DNA of 64,000 bases from a virus (taxonomy: Duplodnaviria; Heunggongvirae; Uroviricota; Caudoviricetes): IMG/VR virus record IMGVR_UViG_2724678985_000012. One strand, given 5' to 3'. This document shows positions 29,212 to 38,585 of this stretch, one piece after another (the stretch's first letter is position 1; the number at the start of each line of letters is the position of its first letter). Under the pieces are notes generated by a model. That model did no database searches and was not told where the DNA came from. It was given only the letters and a program-made list of their open reading frames with translations. Position numbers and translations under genes: made by a program.

Positions 29212-29541
29212 ATGGGCTATAGCAGACTCGACGATAGGTATATTGAAGACGATATTTTTCGTGCGCTGTTTCACCAGGAAATGATTAAGCGGGTATCGGA
29301 GTATCACTCTGATAATTTCCAGTACACGATAAAGATTGATGAAGTATATCGTTCAGACCTTGCAGCCTACAGGGCGTATGGCAATGCAGATTTGCGCTGG
29401 GTATTCCGGGTGCTGGTGGGCCATGAGTCAGAAATGGAAGAAATGCCCGCCGGGACCACGTTAACTCTTCCTGATGTGGCATGGCTGAGGAACAAGATCC
29501 GTGATTACGCGAGCGCGGAACCGGAGATAGAAAATGCCTGA
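29212..29541 (+). CDS. Hypothetical protein
   Basis: 109-aa ORF coupled to downstream gene. Confidence 0.4.
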   Translation: MGYSRLDDRYIEDDIFRALFHQEMIKRVSEYHSDNFQYTIKIDEVYRSDLAAYRAYGNADLRWVFRVLVGHESEMEEMPAGTTLTLPDVAWLRNKIRDYASAEPEIENA

Positions 29542-30724
29542 TTTCCTGAAAAACCAGGACGGGCGCTATATCACTGACGGTCTGTCCTCTAAGGACTTCA
29601 CGCGTTTATTCGACCTTATCAGGAAAGAACAAACCCGTAAGCGCCGACAAGCTCACCGGACGCTGACGCCAGGCAGACTTAGGAACAAATCCGCCGAAGA
29701 TATTCTCAAGTTAGGGAAGAAAAAAGGCGGCACGTTCTTTACGCGAGACGATCTGAAAGGCTTCGAAAAGCTACGGAGTAAAACGCGCGAAAAATATGAC
29801 AGCAAGACGGCTGGCATCACATACGCCCAGCTGGTGGCATCCAGCCAGGCTATCGATATTAAGCGTGCAAATAACGCCGTGGATGACGGATCTGGTATCA
29901 AAAGAGCTACACCCGTATCTCTTCGCCACAATGTGATTAATATCCGCGTAGAAGCATCGGATATATCCGTCCACCAGCACCATATCGTCCGGATACGCTT
30001 TGAAGAATGGGATCAGATGGTTGATGATATCGCAGAAGACGATAAATCAGCTCTCAAAATCACTAAATCACTGTGCGCCGGGCGAGTGTCTTTCGATTGT
30101 GACTGTGGTCGTCATCAATACTGGTATCGTTACATCGCCACTGCGGGTAACTTTGCCCTGGCACCGCCAAAAGAATACGCCTATCCAAAAGTTCGCAACC
30201 CGAAGCTGCAAGGCGTCGCCTGTAAACACGTGATCCACTCAATGACGCGGTTACAGTCCGCCAGTTGGCAAATGAGTATTGCTCGTGCGCTACAAAAGGC
30301 TGCAACGCAAATTGCATTTGGTGACGATCGCCGCCGTACAACCAAACACTTCTCAAAAGAAGACGAGAAGGAGTTTAATCGCAATCGTAGCAGTAAAACG
30401 AACGTTGACGCTGCCAAGCGAGAATGGAGGCTCTATCAGAAGCGCCAGGCCGCTTTAAGCACAAAACTGGCAAAGGACAACGGCAAGATTGACAAGCTAC
30501 GTGACCAACTGACCAAGGCCAGAAAGTTGTCAGACGCACAGAAAAAACGGGCGGCAGCAAAAGAAGCGGCGTTGCAACGTGAGAAACAGAAAAACAAGGA
30601 GCTTCAGCAACGCCTGGCCGATCAGTTCGCACTGAAGAAGCAGGCGTTCATTGATGCGCTTGTCATGGCTGGAACACCACCAGCACAAGCTGAAAAAATG
30701 TTCATGGAGTACATAAAAAATTAA
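29534..30724 (+). CDS. Hypothetical protein with SWIM-like zinc finger and basic coiled-coil tail
   Basis: 396 aa; FDCDCGRH...CKHVIH fits CxCxnCxH; C-terminal Lys/Gln/Ala-rich coiled coil. Confidence 0.45.
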   Translation: MPDFLKNQDGRYITDGLSSKDFTRLFDLIRKEQTRKRRQAHRTLTPGRLRNKSAEDILKLGKKKGGTFFTRDDLKGFEKLRSKTREKYDSKTAGITYAQLVASSQAIDIKRANNAVDDGSGIKRATPVSLRHNVINIRVEASDISVHQHHIVRIRFEEWDQMVDDIAEDDKSALKITKSLCAGRVSFDCDCGRHQYWYRYIATAGNFALAPPKEYAYPKVRNPKLQGVACKHVIHSMTRLQSASWQMSIARALQKAATQIAFGDDRRRTTKHFSKEDEKEFNRNRSSKTNVDAAKREWRLYQKRQAALSTKLAKDNGKIDKLRDQLTKARKLSDAQKKRAAAKEAALQREKQKNKELQQRLADQFALKKQAFIDALVMAGTPPAQAEKMFMEYIKN

Positions 30725-30735
30725 CAAAGGTGGGT

Positions 30736-31470
30736 TTATCCCACCTTTTTATTAGCATCGCATTTAATTTTTTCAAGTGAATCAGAAAGCTTTGAGAGAA
30801 GCTCCTCAAGTGTTTCCCTGTCATTTGTATCACCCGAACGAAAAGATGAGTTTTTCACGGCGGTAAAAAATTCATAAAAATCATCCACCGAATTTAAGCT
30901 CTCACCTTTCTCTCTATATAATTTAATAATATGAATGATATCGCTATCCACACATTCAATCTGTTTCCTAATTTCTTTAAGCCGTTTTTCTAATGATTCA
31001 AGTTCTTCTTCTTCTTGTTCAATATACTTTTTAACGTCTCTCTGCTTCTTAATGGCTTTCTTAATATCACTGTTAATTGTCCTTATTTGTTCTTTTTTAT
31101 TTGCAATTTCATCTATTTTTCTTAATTTAGCATATAATGTGCTTGTCACCAAAGAAATTAACAGGGTTAACAGTGGCGCTAATATTGACGCCACAACACC
31201 ATAAATAAAAGGCAAAACAAAATGAGCTACGAACGATGGTAAAAAAAGATTCCCCAATAATGGGATCTTTTCCCCGACAAACACTATAGATAATGTATAC
31301 ATAACATCATCTTTTGACTTCAGTAATATAAATATGTCTCGCCAATTAGAAATTAAAAACGAAATAAAAATGTAGGCAAAAACCTTATTAAACAACTTAT
31401 CTTTTACAGCATCTTCTAACAGATTTTGGGTAGAGGAGTTTTCCTTTTCTATTGATGAATCAGCGCTCAT
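30736..31470 (-). CDS. Membrane protein with cytoplasmic coiled-coil domain (candidate effector)
   Basis: 244 aa; three to four N-terminal TM segments, Glu/Lys-rich coiled coil; very AT-rich; directly downstream of an HTH antitoxin-like gene. Confidence 0.5.
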   Translation of the reverse strand: MSADSSIEKENSSTQNLLEDAVKDKLFNKVFAYIFISFLISNWRDIFILLKSKDDVMYTLSIVFVGEKIPLLGNLFLPSFVAHFVLPFIYGVVASILAPLLTLLISLVTSTLYAKLRKIDEIANKKEQIRTINSDIKKAIKKQRDVKKYIEQEEEELESLEKRLKEIRKQIECVDSDIIHIIKLYREKGESLNSVDDFYEFFTAVKNSSFRSGDTNDRETLEELLSKLSDSLEKIKCDANKKVG

Positions 31471-31530
31471 ATAATTACCAAATATTTAAACATTGATTTT
31501 ATGTAAAAGCGGTCATCCAGACCGCAAAAC

Positions 31531-31890
31531 TTAAACACCAACCAGACTTTCCAGTGGAATACCAAACTGGGCATGTAAACGACGAATCATAGGTAACGTC
31601 AAATTTCGTGTCCCATTAAGCACTTCGTAAACACGGTTTGACTTACCAATTGCCGGTTCCAGATCCTTCACGGTCAGTCCTTGCTGTTCCATACGGAATT
31701 TAATGGCCTCAATAGGTGATGGTGGCTCAATTGGGTAATGTTTTTTCTCGTACTCCTCAATGAGAAGACACATAACCTCAAAGAAATCGCCTTCCGGTGT
31801 GTTCATTTCCGGTTCGTTATCGAACATCGGTTCGACCGCACGCAGTGCGGCCTCATAATCTTGTTCTGTACGGATAGGTTTAATGTTCAT
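31531..31890 (-). CDS. HigA-like HTH protein (E. coli K-12 HigA architecture), no adjacent RelE-type toxin
   Basis: 119 aa; N-terminal domain plus C-terminal HTH GLTVKDLEPAIGKSNRVYEVLNGTRNLTLPMIRRLHAQFGI as recalled for K-12 HigA. Confidence 0.55.
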   Translation of the reverse strand: MNIKPIRTEQDYEAALRAVEPMFDNEPEMNTPEGDFFEVMCLLIEEYEKKHYPIEPPSPIEAIKFRMEQQGLTVKDLEPAIGKSNRVYEVLNGTRNLTLPMIRRLHAQFGIPLESLVGV

Positions 31891-31899
31891 TAATTACAA

Positions 31900-31930
31900 A
31901 GGAAAGCCCACTTGCTAAGTGGGCTTTTTG
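31900..31930. terminator. Palindromic terminator separating higBA from the downstream two-gene unit
   Basis: AAAGCCCACTT-gcta-AGTGGGCTTT with T/A-rich flanks. Confidence 0.6.
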
Positions 31931-31946
31931 TATGTGTTTTACTATA

Positions 31947-32285
31947 TCAGGCTGCTTTTTTATTCAGGTTCCGCTGAGAAATAAATTTTTCAGCAGTATT
32001 GATACGACTTAACTCTTCCTGAACGCGCATATCATTTTCGACTTCCCACAGTTCTACTGCGGTCTGAAGATTAATCCAAAAATCTACAGAAGTATCGAAT
32101 GCTTTTGCCAGGCGATATGCCATATCCATCGTTAGCTTACGATTATTATTAACAAGAGCACTTACGGTGTTACGATGAACATGAAGTATTTCTGCTAACT
32201 CGTTGATCTTCAGCTCTAACGGCTCCAGGTATTCGTACAGCAGGATATCACCTACGGTCGTCGGTTTTCTGGTTGCCTGTTTCAT
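31947..32285 (-). CDS. higA: HigA antitoxin (HTH, HigA family)
   Basis: 112 aa; VGDILLYEYLEPL...LA..L.V.RNTVSALVN..R.LT.DMAYRLAKAF.TS..FW.NLQ matches HigA/VapI family. Confidence 0.75.
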   Translation of the reverse strand: MKQATRKPTTVGDILLYEYLEPLELKINELAEILHVHRNTVSALVNNNRKLTMDMAYRLAKAFDTSVDFWINLQTAVELWEVENDMRVQEELSRINTAEKFISQRNLNKKAA

Positions 32286-32355
32286 TTTTTGCCCTTACTA
32301 GCGTGCGTATTAAGTGGACTCTGGTCAGAACCCGGTCCGTAACCGGGTATCTGTT

Positions 32356-32658
32356 TTAGTATTTGTGAGGGTCGAGATACAAGTCCTCGGCCTTTCCGTT
32401 AACCCACTTAAAAATTAACCTATATTGCTTATTCACCCTTACTGATGAATAGCCATTTAGCTTCCCTGACAGTTCCTCATACCGATTACCTGGTGGTGAT
32501 CTTAAATCCTTACAGGTAGTTGCGGCATTGATAATGTCCAACTTCCGTGACAATGTCATATGAATATCAGGAGGTATCTTTCTATGTGGTGTTGAAAATT
32601 CAAAAAAATCATCAAGCCACGCATCCCTGAAATCCTTTATGTTAATTTTTTTGGTCAT
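32356..32658 (-). CDS. higB: HigB toxin (RelE/ParE superfamily, plasmid killer)
   Basis: 100 aa upstream of higA; C-terminal YRLIFKWVNGKAEDLYLDPH typical of HigB. Confidence 0.7.
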   Translation of the reverse strand: MTKKINIKDFRDAWLDDFFEFSTPHRKIPPDIHMTLSRKLDIINAATTCKDLRSPPGNRYEELSGKLNGYSSVRVNKQYRLIFKWVNGKAEDLYLDPHKY

Positions 32659-32808
32659 TAGTCATTTGATCCTCCGTGATGATTACCGAATGCCATAACT
32701 ATAGCGCACCGTTGCACTGTGCGCAAGTGCATTTTATGAATTCCCCCTCCTTCATCCAAAATCACAATCTCCCGAAAATCTTCCTTTCGATACCTGACAG
32801 ATCGACCT

Positions 32809-33612
32809 TTGAGGATGCTTATGGGCCGTTTTGACGAATGGTTTGCTGACGATGCAAACCTGGCAAGTAAGGAGTCAGAACATGACAGCACGCAGAGAGA
32901 AACGCCAGCGCCGATTGAAGCGAATGCAGGAGGCGCGCCGGAACATGGCAATACCGGTTCGGATTCATTCAGCATTCTGGAAGAGCAACCCGCCGCCAAA
33001 GCTGATAGCCATGATAATTTTGCTGATAGCAACGGTGGCCTTACTCCGGATGCTGGCGAATCAGATATAGCCATACTTCCATCTTCCCTGGCTGGCAGAG
33101 AACCGACTCCACAGTTAAAAGCACGCTATAACGGGCATAAAGCCTTTAACGACCAAATCCGCGCAGACTGGATGCTGATTATTGAATCCAGCCCAGACGC
33201 GTTTCAGGCTCTCTTATATCGACCAGATGTTGGCACATATGGGGTAGTCAGCGACGAAACAGGAGAAGAGTCATTCACTGAACTGGATAACAACCAACGC
33301 GAACTGACTTACCAGGAACCTGAAATCGTTTATGTGCTGGATAACCCTGACGGGCGTGACTCTTTCCATGCGATTGACGCAGACGGTGAGCAGGATGGCT
33401 TAACCGATGATGTTCTGATTCTGCGTATTGCAGCAAATAACGTCCCCGTCGGCTCAATTCTTGAATGGAATGAAGAGATGGTAAACGGCGTAGCCCGCCG
33501 CTGGTGGTACGTGCACCGTATTTTTAGCTACGGCACACAGCATGTTGGTTCGCTTTACTACTGCATACCTGCCAGAAATTTTGATACGACTCAAAACGGA
33601 GTGATCGAATGA
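32809..33612 (+). CDS. Acidic hypothetical protein
   Basis: 267 aa; first of four coupled plus-strand genes ending in a spike-like gene. Confidence 0.4.
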   Translation: MRMLMGRFDEWFADDANLASKESEHDSTQRETPAPIEANAGGAPEHGNTGSDSFSILEEQPAAKADSHDNFADSNGGLTPDAGESDIAILPSSLAGREPTPQLKARYNGHKAFNDQIRADWMLIIESSPDAFQALLYRPDVGTYGVVSDETGEESFTELDNNQRELTYQEPEIVYVLDNPDGRDSFHAIDADGEQDGLTDDVLILRIAANNVPVGSILEWNEEMVNGVARRWWYVHRIFSYGTQHVGSLYYCIPARNFDTTQNGVIE

Positions 33613-34376
33613 CTTCAAATAAAACCCTCCTGGCACGAACAGGTGAATGGCAAACCTCACGCACAGGAAAATTCCAGACCACGGGCTTTGAAAACGTGGA
33701 TAACGCGTTTGCTACGCTAATCAGCAATATCTTTTCTGATATCTTACTGGTGGCCCCCGCGCCGGAAGAAAAACGCTTTGCGTCATTCCTGAATCGTCCA
33801 CCAGCAGAGCGTGTCTATGTGGCCCGTTTCGACAATGCGATCGAGTTTCTTAAAGCAGTTCGTCGCGCAAATGCCGGGCAAGGGAGAAAACCTGAAAACC
33901 AGAACATTAACCGGGATGCTCTCCCCCTGGTCAATATCTCACGCACTATGGATATCAATTATATCAACGATGATCAGCAGATTGACCGCAAAAAAGTAGC
34001 CAGTTTTTGCGAACCGGATACCGGAATGCCTTTAGCAGAACTGGAATACACCCAGGCCATTCTGACGTATGACGTTACGTTAATGGCAACTGATAAAGCG
34101 ACCATGAGTCTGATGTGTAATTCGCTGGGCGCACGGCTTCGCCTGATGACAGGTACACAATTTGAAGCAACCACTCACCTTGTTCGTGTCCCGGTCCCGC
34201 TGATTTGCTCGATACAGGATGCCAAAGAAGTCGGCTTTACGGATGTTTCAGCACCAATTGGAGAAGAGCGTATTTATGCCACACAAGCGCCGATAAGTGT
34301 GATTGCAGACGTGATCACAGCATGGGAGTTGGACGCAAAACGTATTATTACCGAAACCTCGATATCTATGGGGTGA
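33609..34376 (+). CDS. Hypothetical protein (putative baseplate/tail assembly)
   Basis: 255 aa, coupled. Confidence 0.4.
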   Translation: MTSNKTLLARTGEWQTSRTGKFQTTGFENVDNAFATLISNIFSDILLVAPAPEEKRFASFLNRPPAERVYVARFDNAIEFLKAVRRANAGQGRKPENQNINRDALPLVNISRTMDINYINDDQQIDRKKVASFCEPDTGMPLAELEYTQAILTYDVTLMATDKATMSLMCNSLGARLRLMTGTQFEATTHLVRVPVPLICSIQDAKEVGFTDVSAPIGEERIYATQAPISVIADVITAWELDAKRIITETSISMG

Positions 34377-34379
34377 TAA

Positions 34380-35360
34380 GTGGCCCAGGAGTTACAACAA
34401 TATTTTCTACAGTCAGTGCTCATTAACGATAACAAAGTGCCACGAGACTGGATTTTTACCGCAGTATATGTAGAAAAAACCAGCCTCAAAGCCCCTTTGC
34501 TAAAACTGGAAATTCATGACGCTACCGGCACCGTAATTGATGACTGGAAAGCCAAATACGGTGCATCGCTGGTGGCTGAAATGGGCGATCCAAACGGTAA
34601 TGCAGGCACTTTTAAAACAGATTTCTTTGTTACGTCTGCAATGCTGGCTGGTGATGTTGTTACCGTTATTGCTGTCAGTGAAGACGTGCGCAGGTTTAAG
34701 ATCCCCTCCCCGCGCACAAATTTACATACCAACAAAACACCAGACGCTATATTCAAGGCATATTCCGGCAAACTTAAAATTACCAGCAGCGTGCTAAAAC
34801 GCGCAGTTACATATCATCTGAATGCTGGTGACAAACCGTCAAAAATGCTTTCGGAGATAGCGCGAGACAAAGGTGCATTGTGTTGGGTATGTCGGGGGGA
34901 ATTTAACTTTTACACCCTGGCTGATCTGATGAAGCAAACGCCATCATTTACCTACGAGGGGAATAACCCTAAAGCAGAATACACTTTGTCAAAAATGCGC
35001 CTACTCCAACAGGAACATGCGACAACAGCAAAGAATCAATATCGTTTTGTTGGGTATTCCATGACCGATGGCTACGTCGAATATGGCGATAGCTCACTCC
35101 CAGTGCGTTATATATCCGACTCTGATATGGAAACTCTTCGCAATATGCAGCTGTCTCTCGTCCCCAAAATGGATATAGAAGTCGCAGGCAATCCTGATAT
35201 AAAACCGGGGATGGTAATAGAGATTATCGTATACCGCTATGACCAGGAAAACCGCATTGATGAATCAATGCCCCGTAAGCTGATAGTAAAAAATGTTGCG
35301 CACTTTGAGGACCGCGTAGGCTACACAACACGAATGATATTGGGAGTGCCTAACAAATGA
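34380..35360 (+). CDS. Hypothetical protein (putative baseplate/tail assembly)
   Basis: 326 aa. Confidence 0.4.
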   Translation: MAQELQQYFLQSVLINDNKVPRDWIFTAVYVEKTSLKAPLLKLEIHDATGTVIDDWKAKYGASLVAEMGDPNGNAGTFKTDFFVTSAMLAGDVVTVIAVSEDVRRFKIPSPRTNLHTNKTPDAIFKAYSGKLKITSSVLKRAVTYHLNAGDKPSKMLSEIARDKGALCWVCRGEFNFYTLADLMKQTPSFTYEGNNPKAEYTLSKMRLLQQEHATTAKNQYRFVGYSMTDGYVEYGDSSLPVRYISDSDMETLRNMQLSLVPKMDIEVAGNPDIKPGMVIEIIVYRYDQENRIDESMPRKLIVKNVAHFEDRVGYTTRMILGVPNK

Positions 35361-36010
35361 AGCGTAGAGCGCAAATTGTTGGAACTGTGCACCCGGCAGG
35401 GCTTATGCGTGCTCAAGTCCGTGTTTTACCTGACTGGAATGGCGTTCCTGATGACGATCTACCCTGGGCGGAATACCTGTTACCCATCGGAAACGCTTTT
35501 GTACCCACAGTCAAAGGTGACCTGGTCTGGGTAGAGTTTCCTTATTTAGATGTTAACGGTCGAATAGACACCAGACGCCCAATGATAGTTGGTGCCGCTC
35601 AGGATGCACCGGGAGGAATTCCAAACGTTGCACCAGAAGCATCTGGCAAAGGCAACGGCTGGACGCCGCCGGAAGTAGATGGAGCACCTCCCCGCCCCCA
35701 AATCTCAGCAACGAAAGACTTCGTTATTCACCGCAACAATATTCTTGAAGTACGAACTGCTGGTGGCGGCTATGAAATTGCCAATACGGCAGCAGGCTCA
35801 AGGATTGGCATGAATGAGTCCGGGCAGATATATATCATTGGTCCGGCTGATGTAATCGTGAATGCAGGAGGGAGTGTTAACGTCAAATCAGCCAACAACA
35901 TCAATGTTAAAGGGGAAAATATTGCTGTCACCGCTAACGGAGACATAGCTTTCAAGGCAGGAGGAACCTTTCAGGCCACTGCTAGCAACTTCGATTTCAA
36001 GAAAGGATAG
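35357..36010 (+). CDS. Baseplate spike-like protein (gpV / gp45-type OB-fold plus beta-helix)
   Basis: 217 aa; N-terminal G.V......RV...DW...DL.W pattern and Gly/Asn-rich repetitive C-terminus. Confidence 0.45.
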   Translation: MKRRAQIVGTVHPAGLMRAQVRVLPDWNGVPDDDLPWAEYLLPIGNAFVPTVKGDLVWVEFPYLDVNGRIDTRRPMIVGAAQDAPGGIPNVAPEASGKGNGWTPPEVDGAPPRPQISATKDFVIHRNNILEVRTAGGGYEIANTAAGSRIGMNESGQIYIIGPADVIVNAGGSVNVKSANNINVKGENIAVTANGDIAFKAGGTFQATASNFDFKKG

Positions 36011-36020
36011 AAAATGCACC

Positions 36021-36063
36021 CATTTGTGTTAGATAATTAATATGTATTTTCTAACACAAATGG
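36021..36063. promoter_or_regulatory. Palindromic operator-like element upstream of rdgC
   Basis: CATTTGTGTTAGA ... TCTAACACAAATG, 13-bp inverted repeat with 17-bp spacer; arms contain the TCTAACA operator core. Confidence 0.45.
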
Positions 36064-36069
36064 TGAGAC

Positions 36070-36975
36070 ATGAGATCAGTCGCTTTCAAAAATATCTTCA
36101 TCTATCGTCTTTCACGCGAAGTTAGCTGGGATACTGCAGAAGTAAATGCAGCCCTTAGCAAGTTTGTGTTTACCCCATGCGGTTCTCAGGATATGGCTAA
36201 AGCTGGTTGGACCCCCGTTCTTGGCGACAACCTCACCCATGAATACCAAGGTTTTCTTCTGATACAGCATAAACGAGAGGAAAAAATCCTACCCTCTCAA
36301 GTGCTCAAAGAAGAGTTACAGAAAAAAATCCTGACACTTGAAGAAGAGCAAGACAGAAAGCTGAAGAAGACTGAAAAAGATTCGCTGAAGGATGAAGTGC
36401 TTCACTCTCTGCTTCCTCGTGCTTTCACGAGAAAATCAGTCGCTAAAATCCTGATAGACCGAAGCAATCATCTGGTTTTTGTCGAGGCCAGCAGTGCTAA
36501 AAAAGCAGAGGATCAGCTGGCTTTGTTACGGAAATCGCTTGGCAGCTTGCCCGTTGTCCCCTTCTCTCCGAAAGACCCATTAGAACTGACCATCACTGGC
36601 TGGATTAAAAATGGCTTCCCGAACGGTTTCCGTGCCGGTGAGGAAGCGACCTTAAAAGCATTGCTTGATGATGGCGGCGCGGTCCGCTGCAAAAAAGTGG
36701 ACCTGCTATCCGACGAGATCATGAGTCATATAGAAGCTGGTAAGGTTGCAACCACAGTTGCGGTTAACTGGCAAGACCGTGCATTTTTCAGACTGAATGA
36801 CGATATGAGTATCAAGGCTTTGTCGTTCAGCGACGAATTGTACGACCAGAACGACGATATTGATCGAGAGGATGTTGCGCAACGATTTGACGCTGACTTT
36901 ATCCTGTTTACTGCTGAATTATCCGCGATGTTCACTTCGCTGGTGGAGGCCGTTGGTGGTGAAGCAGAACGTTAA
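36070..36975 (+). CDS. rdgC: RdgC recombination-associated protein homolog
   Basis: 301 aa; alignable end to end with E. coli RdgC but clearly divergent. Confidence 0.85.
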   Translation: MRSVAFKNIFIYRLSREVSWDTAEVNAALSKFVFTPCGSQDMAKAGWTPVLGDNLTHEYQGFLLIQHKREEKILPSQVLKEELQKKILTLEEEQDRKLKKTEKDSLKDEVLHSLLPRAFTRKSVAKILIDRSNHLVFVEASSAKKAEDQLALLRKSLGSLPVVPFSPKDPLELTITGWIKNGFPNGFRAGEEATLKALLDDGGAVRCKKVDLLSDEIMSHIEAGKVATTVAVNWQDRAFFRLNDDMSIKALSFSDELYDQNDDIDREDVAQRFDADFILFTAELSAMFTSLVEAVGGEAER

Positions 36976-36988
36976 CAATAGACCTCTG

Positions 36989-37639
36989 ATGGTGAGTCTT
37001 TGTGATTTCACGGGGAAAATGGTCGCCCCCTGGCTGGAGCATGGTATAGATGCTGTTATCGTCGATCCACAACACGCAGAGACCAGAGATGAGCTGATGC
37101 AATCAGGCGCAGTTCTGACACGTATCAGTGCGATTATCGATAGTGATGAAGTTTATGCTTTTCTCCGAAATAATTTACAACGTATTGTGTTTTTAGCTGG
37201 TTTTCCGCCGTGCACGGACCTTGCTGTTTCCGGTGCGCGCTGGTTTGCGCATAAGGCTGACAAAGATCCGTTTTTCCAGTTCAAAGCGATGCAGGTCGTC
37301 TGGCAGTGTTACGATATTGCAAAGATGATTGGTTGCCCGTACATGATTGAAAACCCGGTCAGCCAAATATCGACATTCTGGCGTAAACCTGATCACATCT
37401 TCCATCCTTACCACTTCACTGCATATTGCAAGGAAGACAATTACACCAAAAAAACATGCCTCTGGAGCGGGCAAGGCTTTGTCATGCCTGATGCCCTAAT
37501 GGACGAATCATTAGGCAAGCCAGATAACAGAATCCATACCGCGCCACCTGGACCTGAAAGGGCTAATTTTCGAAGTGCTACTCCGCATGGATTCGCAAAG
37601 GCAGTTTTCGAAGCGAATAAGGGGGTGCTCTATGAGTAA
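36989..37639 (+). CDS. Short C5-cytosine DNA methyltransferase-like protein
   Basis: about 217 aa from MVSLCDFTGK; motif I-like DFTGKM, motif IV GFPPC, motif VI ENPV; no obvious target-recognition domain. Confidence 0.4.
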   Translation: MVSLCDFTGKMVAPWLEHGIDAVIVDPQHAETRDELMQSGAVLTRISAIIDSDEVYAFLRNNLQRIVFLAGFPPCTDLAVSGARWFAHKADKDPFFQFKAMQVVWQCYDIAKMIGCPYMIENPVSQISTFWRKPDHIFHPYHFTAYCKEDNYTKKTCLWSGQGFVMPDALMDESLGKPDNRIHTAPPGPERANFRSATPHGFAKAVFEANKGVLYE

Positions 37640-38537
37640 ATCTATAGCAAGCATAGCCATAAAAAAACAGGATACGATGGCTGAAATTAGCTATATGCGC
37701 ACCATTCGGACTCCGGATGAATATGAGCGCCCGATCTTCAAATGGGTAGGCGGTAAATTCTCAGAGTTGCCTACAGTGCTTGAGCATCTACCACACGGCA
37801 AGCGGTTAATAGAACCATTCGTTGGTGGCGGTTCCGTATTTACAAATGCAGGATTTCACCACAACCTGCTTAATGATATTAACGGTGACCTGATTAACTT
37901 CTATCAGACATTGCAGCGAGAAGGACATTCGCTCGTCACGCTGTCATATAGTTTTTTCCAAAATTACAACAACGCTGACGCTTACCTCGAAGTGCGTGAG
38001 GCATTTAACAGAGGAAAGTATGACCAGCTACATCATGCTGCCGCCTTTTTGTACCTTAATCGGCACTGTTTTAATGGCGTAACGCGGTACAACCAAAATG
38101 GCGAGTTCAACGTGGGGTATGGCAAATACAAAGCGCCCTACTTCCCACATGCAGAGATGGAGGCATTTTTGGCTGATGACGTACTCAAAAACACGTCCTT
38201 TGTATCAGGTGACTTTGCTGGCGTCATCGAGGCGGCTGGTGAAGGCGATGTGATTTTTTGCGATCCGCCGTATGAACCGCTGCCGGATACAGAAGGGTTT
38301 ACCAGTTATTCAGGAAATAGCTTCCGTTTCGACGAACAGAAACGGCTGGTATCTCTATTGGTGGAAGCCCACCAGCGCGGCGCTAAGGTAGTGATAACAA
38401 ATAGTGGTGCGCCAAACATCCGTGAACTATATGAAGGAAACGGGTTTAAAGTACATCATATGGCAGCCAGACGGTCGGTTTCCTGCAAGGCGTCAACACG
38501 TGTAGTTGCTAACGATATAATTGCGATAATGAAGTAA
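37632..38537 (+). CDS. dam: Dam-family N6-adenine (GATC) DNA methyltransferase
   Basis: 302 aa from MSKSIAS; FKWVGGK, FVGGGSVF, NRHCFNG, CDPPYEP motifs; alignable with E. coli Dam. Confidence 0.85.
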   Translation: MSKSIASIAIKKQDTMAEISYMRTIRTPDEYERPIFKWVGGKFSELPTVLEHLPHGKRLIEPFVGGGSVFTNAGFHHNLLNDINGDLINFYQTLQREGHSLVTLSYSFFQNYNNADAYLEVREAFNRGKYDQLHHAAAFLYLNRHCFNGVTRYNQNGEFNVGYGKYKAPYFPHAEMEAFLADDVLKNTSFVSGDFAGVIEAAGEGDVIFCDPPYEPLPDTEGFTSYSGNSFRFDEQKRLVSLLVEAHQRGAKVVITNSGAPNIRELYEGNGFKVHHMAARRSVSCKASTRVVANDIIAIMK

Positions 38538-38569
38538 AAAACGCCGCAGTAGCGGCGTTTACTTTTTTA
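38538..38569 (+). terminator. Rho-independent terminator after dam
   Basis: AACGCCGC-agta-GCGGCGTT followed by TACTTTTTT. Confidence 0.7.
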
Positions 38570-38585
38570 TGTGGCGAAATACCTA

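Noticed and set aside
32658-33074. 138-aa minus-strand ORF
   Set aside because: Overlaps the start of the plus-strand 267-aa gene and the higB upstream region; Ser/Ala-rich low-complexity translation without start signals.
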